Source: Guillardia theta CCMP2712 (Eukaryota; Protista; Cryptophyta). From it: a stretch of 64,000 nucleotides of DNA. The DNA lies in NCBI RefSeq assembly GCF_000315625.1, contig NW_005434646.1, positions 480,966 through 544,965 of the forward strand, given 5' to 3'. Under the pieces are notes generated by a model. The model saw only the letters and a program-made list of their open reading frames with translations. It made no database searches and had not been told where the DNA came from. A program made the translations under genes and the position numbers. This document shows, one piece after another, positions 35,987 to 51,300 of the stretch. The first letter of the stretch is position 1. Each line of letters starts with the position of its first letter.

Positions 35987-36789
35987 TGGAAAATGGTGGT
36001 AACAGGAGCTTCAGATGAAGAGAGGGAGGACTCAACGGACAAATCAATCAATGGTGGAAGAGGTATCAGGAGAGGTGGAGAGGTCAAGCAATTACGAAAG
36101 ATTAGGAGGACCGCGAGGGAACCAAGTATGAATTTAAGTAATGTGTGGAGGAGAAGGAGAAGAAGGAGGAAGTCAGGATGGAGGAAGAGGAGGAGGTCGA
36201 CGAGGAGGGAACGAAAATCATCCTGCTGCCATTTCAACGCACAAAGTTTGTTTTTGTTTCAACAACTTCAACGGGCCCGCCGGTTTCCCGTCCGACCGGG
36301 CGGCTCCAGTAACTGAGAAAACACAGTAGGTGACCGGAACTTAACTTTGAGTAAAAGTTTTAGTCATCAACAAAATGGTACATCTTCAGTACCTGAAGTG
36401 GGGTGATAGTCTTTTTAGTATTGATGAGCAAGGGGTAGGGTGGGGTCGATCGCAGCCGTTTGTCAAGCTGCCAATGACTAGGAGTAGGGGTGGTGGTCAT
36501 ATATTGAATCATCTTAGTCGAAGGGAGGGGTCACTAGTGCACCGGATCCAAATTTGACTGAGCCTGGAATGATGGTCCCGTCCACTCAGCGACTCATATG
36601 GGCAGGTAGGGTACTTGATCCACCGTATGGCTCGACAGGTGGGCCGGGGGTACGACCGGATTATGATGCAATGAAGGCCTGCTGTAGGAACAGGGGTGGG
36701 TGGGGTCTCATTTTCAAGGGGTGGGGTTGTCCTGGCTTGAACGACTCTCATGGGACGGCGAAAAGAGTGAAAGACAAGAAAGGGAGGAG

Positions 36790-37851
36790 ATGTTGAGAAG
36801 AACCCCTAGCCGAGCGAGTCACCGATACCGACTTGTTGAGGTGTAGAAGCAGGGAACCTGTTTGTTGTGCTGTATGGTCATCATAGGGGAGGTGAAGGGG
36901 AGGGGAGGTAGGAAGGGAGCTAAGAGAGAGCGGGAGGGCAGGCGAGCAGGAGAGGAGGATGTCACACCATTGTCAGCCAAGTGAAAGAGAACACAGACGA
37001 GGATCAATAGACGGTTCCTGCAAAGGTTGGATTGGTCATCGACTCTTAACGATGGTGCTTCAGATTTGTCAAGAATGGGTGCACTTCAATCGTGTTGTGC
37101 AAGTGAAAATCCCAACGAAATCAAAGGGAACATGCAGATTAAATGTGAGTCTCTTCCATCTCAAAAAAATAGTCCTTGATTCGGAAATCTCACAGCTATA
37201 CAAGATCCAAACAATGGTCTGCCGGATGACTGGTACAAAGCTTTAGCAACTTTAAAAGCACTAACCAACCTATCACAGGACTGATACGTCCTTCGATCAT
37301 GTATCTCAATACCTTCATGCCCTGTTTTCGCTCCATTTAGAATGTTCTACAGACTGCAGGAGAGTCTTCCCTGATGGAGGACTCCATCGGTGGCGCAAGA
37401 GGGCCTTCATTTCGAACAATGACAAAGCAAGACTATCTTCTATTGTATGGTAATCAAAGCAAGTATTTCTATGTCTGATTGTGCTGATCGAAAACCTCAG
37501 ATGGGATCCATACACTCCTTAAGGAGCGCAAAATTGGGAAAGAACAAGAAAACGAGCTATACGAACTGATTGGGTAAGTGCGATTCCCGTGTTGTCCAGC
37601 CGTCATCTGAGGGTGGAGGAAGTCAATTTCTCATTAGACTGACCCTTGTCTACAGGCAGCAAGATCGACGATTAGCTGCAGCGTATATGAAATTCAAGGA
37701 AACGAACAAGGAATTCCTTGAGCACTTGGGCCGAATTCCATCGTTGTGATGTGTTGTCCTCACAGGTTGAGGCTCTCCTGGAGCCGCTCTCTACTAGAAA
37801 CAAAATATCAAACGGAGGATTTCCCAAGAAGCCTTCAGCTCAAATTTGAAT
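36790..37851 (+). CDS. Possible small multi-exon hypothetical protein
   Basis: A series of GT..AG-bounded segments gives plausible peptides (DGIHTLLKERKIGKEQENELYELIG; QQDRRLAAAYMKFKETNKEFLEHL); no motif recognised. Confidence 0.35.
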
Positions 37852-38010
37852 AGGGGCGAAGGAACCATGCGTGATCCTCATAGCCGCGCAAATGCAGCTG
37901 AATGGAGATCAAAGCAATTCCTCACTCGTGACTTTCCTTGAATTTCCGCTCACCTTTCTACCTCACCATTCTATTAAAGCTGTTCTTGACAATCATATGT
38001 ATACATTTGC

Positions 38011-38981
38011 TCACGGAGACGAGCGGAAAGGAGCATAGTGGTAGTACTTGGGTCTTGTGTCTATCCGAAGGTGCAGCCATGGCACTCCAGACCCTTCGGT
38101 GTTCACCCACACAGACGAAGTTGGGCCCAGCATAGAGAAGTTCCCTGCCTGATCAAGGACATTTTCCTGCAAAGTTCGCCCAAGCTCTTGAAAGAGCTTT
38201 AATTTGCTTGAATTGTCTACATCCCTAGGAAAAGACAAACATCAATTACAGGAAGGATTCACAGCCGGCCTCACCGAAGGAATGTGGAAATCTGAGCATG
38301 GGAGGCATATCTATCCACCTCCTTGCCATCAACTGACCGGTCAGGAGGGACAACAAGAAGCGCATCCCGGCTGAGACTAGGAAACACTCTTGTCTGACCA
38401 TTTGCACTCCCAAAGCTCGTGCAATCTGCCGGAGATCCCTCCAGAGATGGAGCATCCAAGCACACAAACTGGAACTCGACCGTGCCAGCCGTTTTGCCTG
38501 TATTGAGGGAGGTAATCATATCTTTGTTTATTGTTATCGCCACAGATAACTCAATCTCGTTACCTGAAAATGGAACAGTCTCCCAGAAATATGATTTGAA
38601 AGGGACCGAGTTCATCACATTGAAAAGTAAAAGCTTGAATTCTTGAGAAGAATTTAGCAGTTCAATACACTTCTTCCAAGAGATCGCATCGCCTGCATGG
38701 GTAAACTTCGCCTGTACCACAACAGAAGAAGAGTCCAGAGAGTCAGCAAAGCTTTTACAATCATCCTCCAGCAGTCTCACCAGCACTCCGTTCCCTCCTT
38801 GAATCCTGTTGAGCATTGCTGTGAAAGAACCTTGATGGAAAGACATCAATCCTTCGCCATGAGCCTCTTTGACGGGATCAATGCCGCAGGCTCCGTGATG
38901 AAAGCATGCGAGAAAGAGGAGCAGGAGAAGTCCTACTATTCCCAGAGGATGTCGCTCAAAGCCCATAGCATAGCAGCCCAT
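38011..38981 (-). CDS. Conserved hypothetical protein of the 'GVPWLHLRIDxRPKYY' family (DUF6940-like) with signal peptide
   Basis: PFKSYFWETVP, FQFVCLDAP, FPSLSRDALLVVPP, YASHAQISTFLR; last exon VWVNTEGSGVPWLHLRIDTRPKYYHYAPFR. Confidence 0.75.
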
Positions 38982-38984
38982 AGC

Positions 38985-39026
38985 ATAATTCCGTTACGGA
39001 TTGTGAAAATTTCGTAACGGAATTAT
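38985..39026. promoter_or_regulatory. Perfect 14-bp inverted repeat in a roughly 95-bp divergent intergenic gap (putative bidirectional promoter element)
   Basis: ataattccgttacg (38985-38998) and cgtaacggaattat (39013-39026); the repeat is seen directly, the function is inferred. Confidence 0.6.
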
Positions 39027-39076
39027 TTTCTTTAACCGTTTCTAACGTATTACTGGACAGGTGTACCGTGGCGGAC

Positions 39077-41154
<2,078 letters not shown>

Positions 41155-41301
41155 ACATTGTTGAGGCTATCGGTACATCGATTGCCATCGAGTTGGAGAA
41201 CAACGAACTTGCCATTCGTGTGTTTTATTTGCCCATCAATGCACGAAACAAAAAATATATCTTCCAAGACGTGCATCGCTCGCATTCGTGCAGCAGAAAT
41301 C

Positions 41302-41913
41302 TTAGAGATCCTTGGACTCGCTTACCTCAGAAAGTTTCTTCTGAAGATCAGCCTTCGCATCCTTGCATGGTTTCCCCCCCTTCTCCACCTTGTGCAACTC
41401 AACCTCGAACACGAGAGGGTTGTATGGGGGGATCTTTGGAGGAGATCCTCGCTCGCCGTACGCCATGTCGTAGGGGATGAATAGTTCCCACTTGTCTCCT
41501 TCACACATGAGCTGCAGCGCCTCCGTCCACCCCTTGATCACTTGGTTGGGAGCGAACGAGGTTGTCCCGCTGTCAAAGGGAGTCCCGTCCTTTAGCTTGC
41601 CAGAGTAGGTGACCTTGCAGGAGTCTCCAACGTTGGGGGAGGACTTCTTTCCTTTGCCCGTCCCCTCCTTGATGACTCTGGTCCACATGCGTGAACGGAA
41701 AGCAGGGAACGATGGAAGAAGCTTCTTTTACCTGTAAAGCATTCCGCTCGGCAACTTTTTCACGCCTTCCTCCTTGGATTTTTCCTCAAGGAATTTCTTG
41801 CCCGTGCGGATGTAGTACTTCTTCATCTTCTCTTCGTTTGAGCTCTTTGCCAGCGCAAATGCTGCGCAGCACACGACGACCGCGATCAAGCAGATCAAGA
41901 GGTGCTGCTTCAT
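41302..41913 (-). CDS. FKBP-type peptidyl-prolyl isomerase (Mip/FklB-like N-extension) with signal peptide
   Basis: GKKFLEEKSKEEGVKKLPSGMLYR|VIKEGTG...YSGKLKDGTPFDS...QVIKGWTEALQLM...IPYDMAYG; ends SKDL*. Confidence 0.93.
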
Positions 41914-42408
41914 CTACAAGGAGAAAATTGTCAAACCATCATGAGAGATCTACAGAATGAACTGTCGAGACCTACTGAGTGTTCTCGTGACGTATCACGC
42001 TAATCTTCTACACGTCTCTCCATACATTCTTCCTCAAGTGTGACAGTGCGATTTCCTTGGTGACCCATCACCAATCCCATCAGCAATCAGGTCTTTCCTT
42101 CTCGCTCCTCCTCCTCCCTCTCCCTCTCCACTTGTCTCCTTGGTTTCCCTCGTCTCTCCTTGCTTTCTCGCTTGCACCTCCCTCTCCCCCATCCTGACCA
42201 TCAGATCGTACAAAGCATGCCGCCGTAGAGTTCCAGAAGTTTCCTGCCATGGCTCAACCAACATCTCAGGTTCCCGTCACGGCGTCGCACAGGGCACTAG
42301 TCGGCGCCGGGCGGCCGCCAGGCGGGCCGCCGGTCGGCTCCGGCGAGCCTCGGAGGGAGACGTCGGAACTTGAATGATACGAACTGATGAACGAGTTTAT
42401 GGAATTAA

Positions 42409-45061
42409 TTAGTCGCGTTCGCTGGTCCTCAACAACCTGTCCAGCTGGTCTACTTGCACTTGGTACTTCATTTGCTTTCTCTTCGCCTTCGTCCTCGGGT
42501 TCACCTGGAAGACATACACTCAGTCATCCAGTGACTGCAAGTCCACCTCACCTTTCTTGGCTTCGCCTTTCTGCGAAGGTTGACCGCGTGACGGATCGTG
42601 TTCTTTGACCAACAGAGTGAGCACAAAGAAAAGAAACAAGAGGTCAAAGGCTGACCGTCACGTTGTCCATGACAAAATCTGGCTCGCTCGATTGCAAGTC
42701 GTCTTCCAACAGCTGCCCTGTCTCGCTCCAATACAACTGATCCAACTTTGCAACTTGATACTCAAGTGCTGTCTCCGCGAAAGTCTTCTTCTTCTCTGCA
42801 GATAAGTTTTCATCTTCGCTCCTCTTCCTCGGCTTTCGCTTGAATATCGTATCCATCAGCCTCTCCCTTCGCCTTCTCTCGGATGCGGTGATCGGAAGGA
42901 TGGAATTCTGTACTGAAGCCTTCTCCTTCTCTGCCGTCATTAGGCTCCCCACCCCTGCCTGACCATGGAGTTTCTGTAACGTATTGACCATGGTCGACCT
43001 GTTTTCAGACCCAAAGTCGGCAGGGCCCAGAAATTGGTCGTCGATGTAGGTGAGCAGGTCTGGTTTCTTCAACGACTTTTTCACTTTGGCGTATTCTTGC
43101 AATCCTTCTCTCAAGATTCTTTCATCATCGAGGGGCATAGTGAGATATTTCACGGCCTCGTTGAGCCTCGAAGCACTGTTGCGATGATGCAAGGGCCCAG
43201 CGTCATGTAAAGTTCCATCCCGAAGCTGCAGATACTCTCTTTCATGCTTGTACTTCATCTTCTTGAGGATTCTTTGTTGCTCCTCCTTGCGCTTGAGGGT
43301 TCTATTGAGAAACTTCTCGTTATAGAAGAGAACTTCCTTGTTCTGATCCTCTGATTCTAAAGACCAAAATACGTCCGGGTACTTGACTTCCCCAAACTGT
43401 GTAAGAAACGGACCCTTCTTACGTTTCTCTCTCAGATCCAGCAACTTATCATCTACAACAGCTTCCCAGTTTCGATCCATCTCCTCTAATTCAAGCAAGC
43501 ACAGGTTCTTGAGCATCATTTCATTCTTCAATATCTCTTTTTGCGCAGAAGGAGTATGTTTGGCAAGAATCCTATCATACTCCTTTTGCAGTGTCGGAAC
43601 CATTGCATGCCATTTTGCGTTCGTTGTATCCTCGAACAAGTTCTCGTACGAAGATTCTTCCGTCTCACTAGAGTCAGCAAGGGTTTGGACGCCATACACC
43701 GGGCTATCTGCACTGCCAAGTCTGTATTGTTCGTACTCAGTTCTGTCGAATGGCCCGTAATTTTGCAATCCCAATGAAGATTCTGAGAGATTCAGCGACG
43801 ATTCATGCGAATCCTCGTCTGTTTGTCTATGCAGAGGCTGAAATGCCGAATCTGAGGGCACAAGCGCATCGTGGTGAGGGATCTTCTTTCCTGTGTTTGA
43901 TTCCACGTACGCTGCCAAAGCCTGAGGCATGTGCCGAATGTTTGAAGAAATCTTTCCAGACTCAAGGAAGAACTTGAGATCTCTCACCAAAAAGACAAAA
44001 TCTTTCCGCACATTGTCAATATCGCTCATGCAATCTTGCAACGAATCCTGTTTGACACCTTTGCTATCTTGATAGCACTTAACGTACAGCGCCCACAACC
44101 CATTCATGGACAAGCCGGAGAGAATTCTGGGCCCTGGATTCTTGCTGCATGCCATGCAAGGGAAACTCACTGAGTGCTGCAAGTCGACGATGTGGTAGAA
44201 GTCGCAGAACTGCCATTGTCGCAGCAGTTTCAGTGTGAGACTCTTCTTCTTCTTCTTTCGCAGAACGATCGTTAACTTGGTGCCATTTCTTCCATTCAAG
44301 AGATTCTGCACCCGGGCAAGATCGGAGGAATCAACCTGATGGTCGTCGATACATTCAATGATGTCTCCAACCTCAATCTTGCTGCAAGAGAACGCAGAAC
44401 CCTGGTGAACGAGCTCGCTGACAGTTATGGGCCTGACTTTCTTGATCGATGATGAGGACTGTTTCTTTCCAACAGATACATGCCATTTCAGCCCAACATC
44501 TCCAGGGACAATCCTCGAATCATGCACATGGTCGAAGTAGAAATCTGGAAGTTCAGTTCCCCAAGGCTCCTCATCGATTTCCGAGGGATTTCGAAGAGAC
44601 GGACGAGGTTTCGACAGCATGCTTTCGCACAAGAAGAACTTATGAAAGTCCAGCCAAGGATTCTCCTTGACCGTTTCAACTTCATCTCCACGAGCTTTGG
44701 AAAACTCGGCAAGGTAACCGGAGTACATCTTGGTGAGGAAATCATATAGGTTGTCCTCTACCACCAGACGATCGAAGTGGCAGCGAGGGTTGTTGCTGCA
44801 TGCTAGTCTGCTGACCATGTGCCTCTTCTGCCTCTTGATCTCATTGTAGATCTTGGCGATAGAGAGCATTGGCTCGTTGGAGAAATGAGTTCTTGAGCTG
44901 CAAACCCTCCCTTCCACCACCTGGGGGTCCAAACTCCCGCTCTGATGAGGAGCCCCTGCAAGCTCCAACAAGCTGACAGACAGAATGGCGAGGAGGAACT
45001 TTCCTTCCCATCTTCGACCCCTCCACCTTTGCCTCATCTCTATACAACGCACCCCCGACAT
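42409..45061 (-). CDS. Hypothetical protein with N-terminal signal/TM segment and a PDZ domain
   Basis: 805-aa exon with GDVGL...ITVSELVHQGSAFSCSKIEVGDIIECIDDHQV...LLNGRNGTKLTIVLR; two small terminal exons end RTSERD*. Confidence 0.75.
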
Positions 45062-45786
45062 CCGCCCCTACACCATGGTCAGGACGCGGCTGCCTTTGCC
45101 TTGGAACCAAACACAAGGCTATTAGATGAAGCTGCCCTGTAACTGCCCTGTAATATTAACTAAAGTTCTTCCTCGAGGGCAGTGAAACAGTGACTGGCCC
45201 AATTGTACGCCGATGCTGAGGCCCCTTCCTTCAGCTTAGTTCGTATGTATCTGCGGCACTAGCTAGCTAGTTGTAGTACGGCGGTAGAGGCCCTGCCGCA
45301 GTGCGTGACCCGTCACAGCCGCTGAGCCCGGCTGGTCACGGCGCTGCCACTCTCAGGCTGGCTAACTTTTAAAAAAAGGTCAAAAAAGACAGAACTGTTT
45401 TCAGTCAATAAAGTATCAATCAGGATGCTCAACACCGCAAGGAGGAGAGATGGTCGCGATGCCGCGTGAGTTGCTCGAATCTCGGTGCTTGAGGTCGCTG
45501 ATATCATAGTACGCCGTCAGGTGGATGAACTTTGATGGCTCAGACGCGAGGAGTGTTGGAGTCAGCTGGAGGGCCGACGCTGTGGCACGAACGGTAATGT
45601 TGGTTTTGCCCTCATCTCAGCGCCACCATGACGGCAAGTTGCCAGCGAGATGATGCTGAACCTGTTGATCTGTCGCTCAGAAGTTTGGTGAAGTTCCATT
45701 CAGAATGCATGCACTCCGACAATCAGGCAAAGTTTGCCGCGCGGCAGAGAGGAACCGAAGTACACAGCACCACGCCGTTCAGTTCG

Positions 45787-47238
45787 ATGGCGACAACAAA
45801 CCCCCACTTCAAGGCGATCGTGAATGCGATTCAGCAGAACGACATGATCCTTTTGAAGAGGTAGACTCGAGCATTCACTTTGGGAGGCAGAGTCAACTGA
45901 GATGGTTGAAAGGTTGATGCGATTGGAAACTGGTGCTCAGAGCAATTTTTATCGCCGCCACGTGAATGTACGTTGATACTCTCGTGGAGAGTGGCAGACC
46001 TTGACAGCATCGTTTTCTTACAACCCACCATTTTCGTCAACTTCTGCACCTCCTCCACACGATCCAGGTCGATGTGCATGATGACCTCGGGAGGACTCCC
46101 TTGCATTTCGCCTGCGCCCTTGGAAATCAAAACGCGGTGAGTACGGACTTTTCCGGTCGCATTCATACTTGTGACAACTTGTATGTGCGCTAAGGTCGAT
46201 ATTCTACTTGATGCAAACGCAAACCTGTCTTCTATCTCAGCTGAAGGGAAGACCCCACTAATCCATGCCGTTGAGCGAGGACACACAGGACTAGCCTCGG
46301 AGCTGCTCATCAGGCTAGCCCTTGGTAGGATGGGCCCTGAGTCGCAAGCGGTTCATGGGGGGAGATACATAGAACACGACGATCTTTCTGCTATGATGTC
46401 TGCGTCGCAATACAGAGGTCCCCACGTGATAGACTCATTTGGAGATGACGGAGGGTTTGGACTCACATACCCTCACCGCGGGTCCCTCCCTCGAAAATCG
46501 ATTCAGCGTGCAGCTTTCGGTCCCAGTGAGCTTCCTCAGTCCCTCTACCCGATGTGGATGCCAGGAAACAAAGGAGTGCTGGGGGCCGGGGAGGAAATGA
46601 GAATGCCGAGCAGAATCTCGTGGTCGAAATCAACCAACGAGTTACTCGGGGAGGCAAGACCTCACCTGGCTCCCAGCGTGCGGACTAGAGCAGAACCCGA
46701 GACATCAGGTGTGTTCGATGGGCTCAGGGGACAGTACCATACAGGTAGGGTAGTGGCGGGTCTGAAATGTTTCTCACGTGCCCCAAGGTCCAATGAACAT
46801 CCGTCCAGAGTCGAGCTCGCAAGATCGGCAGATGAGAGAAGCAGCCAATCAATCCAACGTGAATCGTAGGCCGGAAGAAGATGCTCCTTCCATGCTGAGG
46901 CGGCAAGACGAAGCTCCAGCCCCCATTAGTCAAGCGTTCAGTGAAAAGGCGATGCTGGAAGAGATCCTTCTTGAAGTTGAGACAAACAACAGGCTGCAGG
47001 CGAACGAGGCTGTTCCAGGTAGATGAGAGGGGCCAACCAACAAGAGCTGACGGTCGTTATGCTAGACGTTGTTGGGTCACATAAGACCTTGGGATCGCAA
47101 AAGAATGCGCAAGAAAGAGGTGAAGAGAAGAATCTACTGCCCAGAGGATTTTCCATTGTACTGAGTTCTTGTTGTGCAGCAAAAAGTAGACGGGAGTGGT
47201 CGGCTGGTGATCAGCATTGGAGCTCTATGTTCTGGTGA
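45787..47238 (+). CDS. Ankyrin repeat protein (boundaries approximate)
   Basis: DDLGRTPLHFACALGN..VDILLDANANLSSISAEGKTPLIHAVERGH. Confidence 0.65.
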
Positions 47239-47439
47239 TTGCACAGGTGGTCCTACTCGTTGGAAAACTTCACTCAATGAAAAGAACAAAAACGAAGCAA
47301 AAGTCGCATGATGATGATGGAGGTACTAGATTTCGATTCTTCATGGGCCAAAAGTGTTCTCAATGTTTCAAGATTATCGTCACGATGATCATTATGGGCT
47401 ATGGAAGAAGTCATCGAGACATTCGAAGCAAGAAGATGT

Positions 47440-48182
47440 CTAAGCATCTTCTTCTTCTTCGTCGTCCTCGTCTTCGCCCTGTTGAACCCAGTCGATGAAT
47501 TTCCATCCTGCCTTTCTGCAGTCGATCGCATCATCGAGCTGAAAGTCTGGATAATGCTGCTTGAGTCCATCTTCTTTGCGGTACCACGTGTCCATCCGAT
47601 CCTCGGAGATGATCTGCATGATGTCATTGAGATGAACAACAAGGCTCGCGATACTCACGTCGTGTTCCCATAGTTTTCTAAGGATGTCGTCGTACTTCTT
47701 GATTCCCCTCCGCTTCTCCTTGACAATCATCAGCTCCATTGCGAAGAGAAATGCCATTTGCTGCTCTTCAGTCTTGCAGCTTGCTTTCAACAACTCCTTC
47801 CTTTTCACAATCTGCAAAGTTCCAATCATCAACCAACAGGCACAGTGAGGTTCCTCGTACCTCATCGGTCAACTTGGGCGCATTCAGAAGGCTGTCGTGC
47901 AGCGAAAAGATCAGAGATGTAAATTCATGAAAGACACATGCAAGGTGATACAAGTCACGGATATGAAGGCCAGGGACAACCAATGCACGCTGCCCTGCAG
48001 GGCTCTCACCTGGCAGTGATCAGGAAGTGGGCCTTGGCGAAGTCCTCATCAAAGCACATGCCGCCATACACGATCGCATCTTTACCCCCAAGGCCTTGAA
48101 GCAGCTCCGCCACTTCCTCGTCGGTCTTGCCCCCCTCGAGAGCCTCCCGCAGCTCGGCGATCCTCTCGTCCTGGTCCGCCAT
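47440..48182 (-). CDS. Small stand-alone W2 (eIF5/eIF2B-epsilon/eIF4G C-terminal) domain protein
   Basis: ILRKLWEHD|IISEDRMDTWY (AA-box 1) and KFIDWVQQGEDEDDEEEEDA (AA-box 2); start MADQDERIAELRE. Confidence 0.75.
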
Positions 48183-48368
48183 TACGACTCCTTTTACAAG
48201 TATTTTATATTTCAGATCCGCCTCTGTACTGAAACACATGGACTAGAAGGGCATCAGAGATGATTAAAATCTCAATTATGGATTTCTAGGATATCCCGGG
48301 CACTTCTTCCATTGTCCTGAGGGGGGCCTGTCAATGGGGAATGGCTCAGCGGCGCCGAACCAAGGAAC

Positions 48369-51300
48369 ATGCAAGCCGGCGAGGGGGAGGAGAGTGGATA
48401 CCGAGGAGGTGACGATGCCTCGGAATGAAGCAGCAGCCATGGTTCATGTCCTCCTGGGAAACTGCTCCTTGATCGTGAGCTCCCGCGAGTCGAGATTGTG
48501 ATGAACGTGCGGAGATGAGCGAGCAGGGCCTGGGGAGTGCGAGGGAGAGGAGGAGCCTTTCCAGGCAGTCTCAAGGCAGCTCGAAGGGCGGAAACGATTC
48601 GAAGACTGTACGCAGTTTTGTGGACCACGACCTTCTCACAGAGAACAAGCACCATCTGCGCAAGGGAGTCAACTGGAAGTTCGACGGAGGTAGCTCGCGT
48701 TTCGCATACCAGGTGGAAGCTCACATGTTGAGCAGCCGGAGCCCCTCATCCCTTCTTCCCCAAAGAGAGACCGAAGAAGATCGTGACCGGCGTCACCTCC
48801 ACGTATCCTCTGCACCTCTCATGATGGACGGTCAAGAGATGTTGACACTGCTCAGGTGCCGTTGCGGTGCTACGACTGGCTATGGCCCGGACCCAGCCGT
48901 TTCCTCAGATCTTGCCATTCGAAAGTGTTTCAACTGTCGAGTTCTGAGTGTATGACAGTGATGCCGTCCTCTTGTCTCCCTTTGACCTCTCCCTGCGGCA
49001 GGTCGCTGCATTGGATCCAAGGGGAGCACAGAACAAGGAATCACAAAGGTGCTGCACTGCTCTTGTCTGTCCATGATGTGTGCGGGCGGGCAGTGTACTG
49101 GAAGCATCTCTTGACGCGAGTGAATCGCTAGGGACGCCATTGCCAAGATCCACCTGGAAGATATTCGCAAGAGGAAGAAGGGAGGGTGTTCTTGCGATGG
49201 ATCTATCGGGCGGCTATGGAACTACAAGACGTGCGTGAAGGCCCTTGTAGTCGCTCCTCCTGCCTGACTCTCCCTCAGTTCGAGGCCGTACGGTTGGATT
49301 CAAGGGCACGTTGGAGAGAGTCGAAGTCGCAGCAGTGACTGGGAGGGCGGAGTAGATCGACAAGAGGCCAAGTACAGATTATGCACCTAGTGCAAGATCA
49401 GTCTGACCGCTTTGCCAGGATCAGAAAAGAGAAGGCGTTGACCTGGTGGGAAAGAAGTGTTCTAAGAGAGAAGATTACACCCAAGGATCAGGAGGGACTG
49501 TATGGTGGAGAACGTTACTATCCTTGTAGGTACGTACAGATGTTGGGACAGGTTGAATTTAAGACCGCTGAAAATTACTGTCAGATCCTTTGTCTACTCT
49601 CCAACACGAGTTTTGAAATCTAATACTCCAGACCTTACCAATGCTGACCTGCCAGATGCCCGACTTGAGCTGGACTTCGTTTACGGGTACTCGGCCGGCT
49701 GCATCGTCGGGGCGCCTTCGACCGAGTTCGGGGTACTGATGGGAAGTGACGTGCAAGACAACCTCCGCTGGTTGTCCGACAAGGTGATCGTCTACTTCAC
49801 CGCAGCCACTGGAATCGTCTACGACATCGAGAGCCACACCCAACGATACTTCTTCGGGCATGATGACGCCATAACGTGAAGCTGCTTCTACTGGCTGAAG
49901 GACACCCCCCGTTCTGATACTGTTGTAATAGGTGCCTGGCGTTATCCCCAAGTCGATCTTTGGTAGCGACAGGTCAGATCGGGTCAAGGCCTCGGATTTT
50001 CGTTTGGTCGCCGTGGAGCAGCCTGCAAAGAGATCATGCGAAACACGTTGGACCAGCTCATGACAACATACTCCAGAAAGACATTCCAGCAGAATACTGT
50101 ATAGAAGAAATCCCACCCAAGAATATCTTCGATAGAAAGGTGAGCACAAAGGATGCAAGAACCTCTCTTGCTCCCTTGAAGTAGATTGATCTTTTTGTTT
50201 TTTAAGATTTTCTCGGTCTCCTTCCTGTCAGAGGAGAGGGTGGTGGCGGTGGGAGGGGACGACAGCAACCTTGTTGTCATATGGGACTTACCAACAAGCT
50301 CTATCATCTTTCAAGGCTCAGGGGGTCCAACGCCTGTGTATCTGATTCGTTCCATCTTCGGCTGGGTTGACAGCGGAGGTCTGGAAGGTATCTTTTCAGC
50401 CTCGCCCCTCCCCCCTTCATTCCTGACCACCTGTTCCTTTGGTCATCAGGCAATCCCTGCACGTCTTGGGGCGAGCTCAAGATGGCTGACTGCACTTTTG
50501 TCTCACACGGCCCAAAGCACGTCGGCTTCTGGAGCCACAACGGCACGGAGTACGTGCGTACAAAGGTAGAGCTCGAGGACAACCCTCTGTGCGTTTGTTT
50601 CGTCAAGTCCCCCGACGCTCTCAGCACTTTCATGTTCACTGGGCAGCAGAGCGGGTCCATCATCAAGTGGAAGGATCACGTGCAGAGCAGCACCATCAAG
50701 AACGCTCACCCCGGCGGCGTGACGCAGATCGCATGGTGTGCAGCAGGGCTGCTATCAGGAGGAGTGGACTGTAAGCTCAAGGTCTGGAAGTACAAGAGTG
50801 GAGCCACGTTGCTGAAGGAACCGCACGTGGTGGTAGACCTGAAGGTCTTCGCCTACTCTCAGCACGCCTGGGCCACCAGCCAAGTTATACCGAAGTCCTT
50901 TGACCTTCTGGACGACGGGACCCTCCTCCTTGGGACCTCGTCAAGTCAAATTTTTGTCTTTCAGCCTCCATCGACTTGGGAGGCAGAGGGAGATGCTGCG
51001 GTAGACGGGGGCAAGTATGGCAAGCTTGTCCTGGACTTTCACTACAGGAGGACGGACAACGATTCCTTGCAGTGCGTCTCCTCCTTCCCCCTCCAGGGGA
51101 CCTGCCACACGACTGGGAGGCCGAACGTCTTGACAGTTGGACTCCAGATGAAGCACCTGTTCGTCACCTTTGGCCCTGACCACTCCATCAGGGTATGGGA
51201 CACCAGAGCTCGGAAGCTGATGCAGGCAAAGAGTTTGTTCCACGTCCGCAAGACAGACCAGGTTTCCTTCCCTATCACTCCCACCAGCGTCGACATCGCA

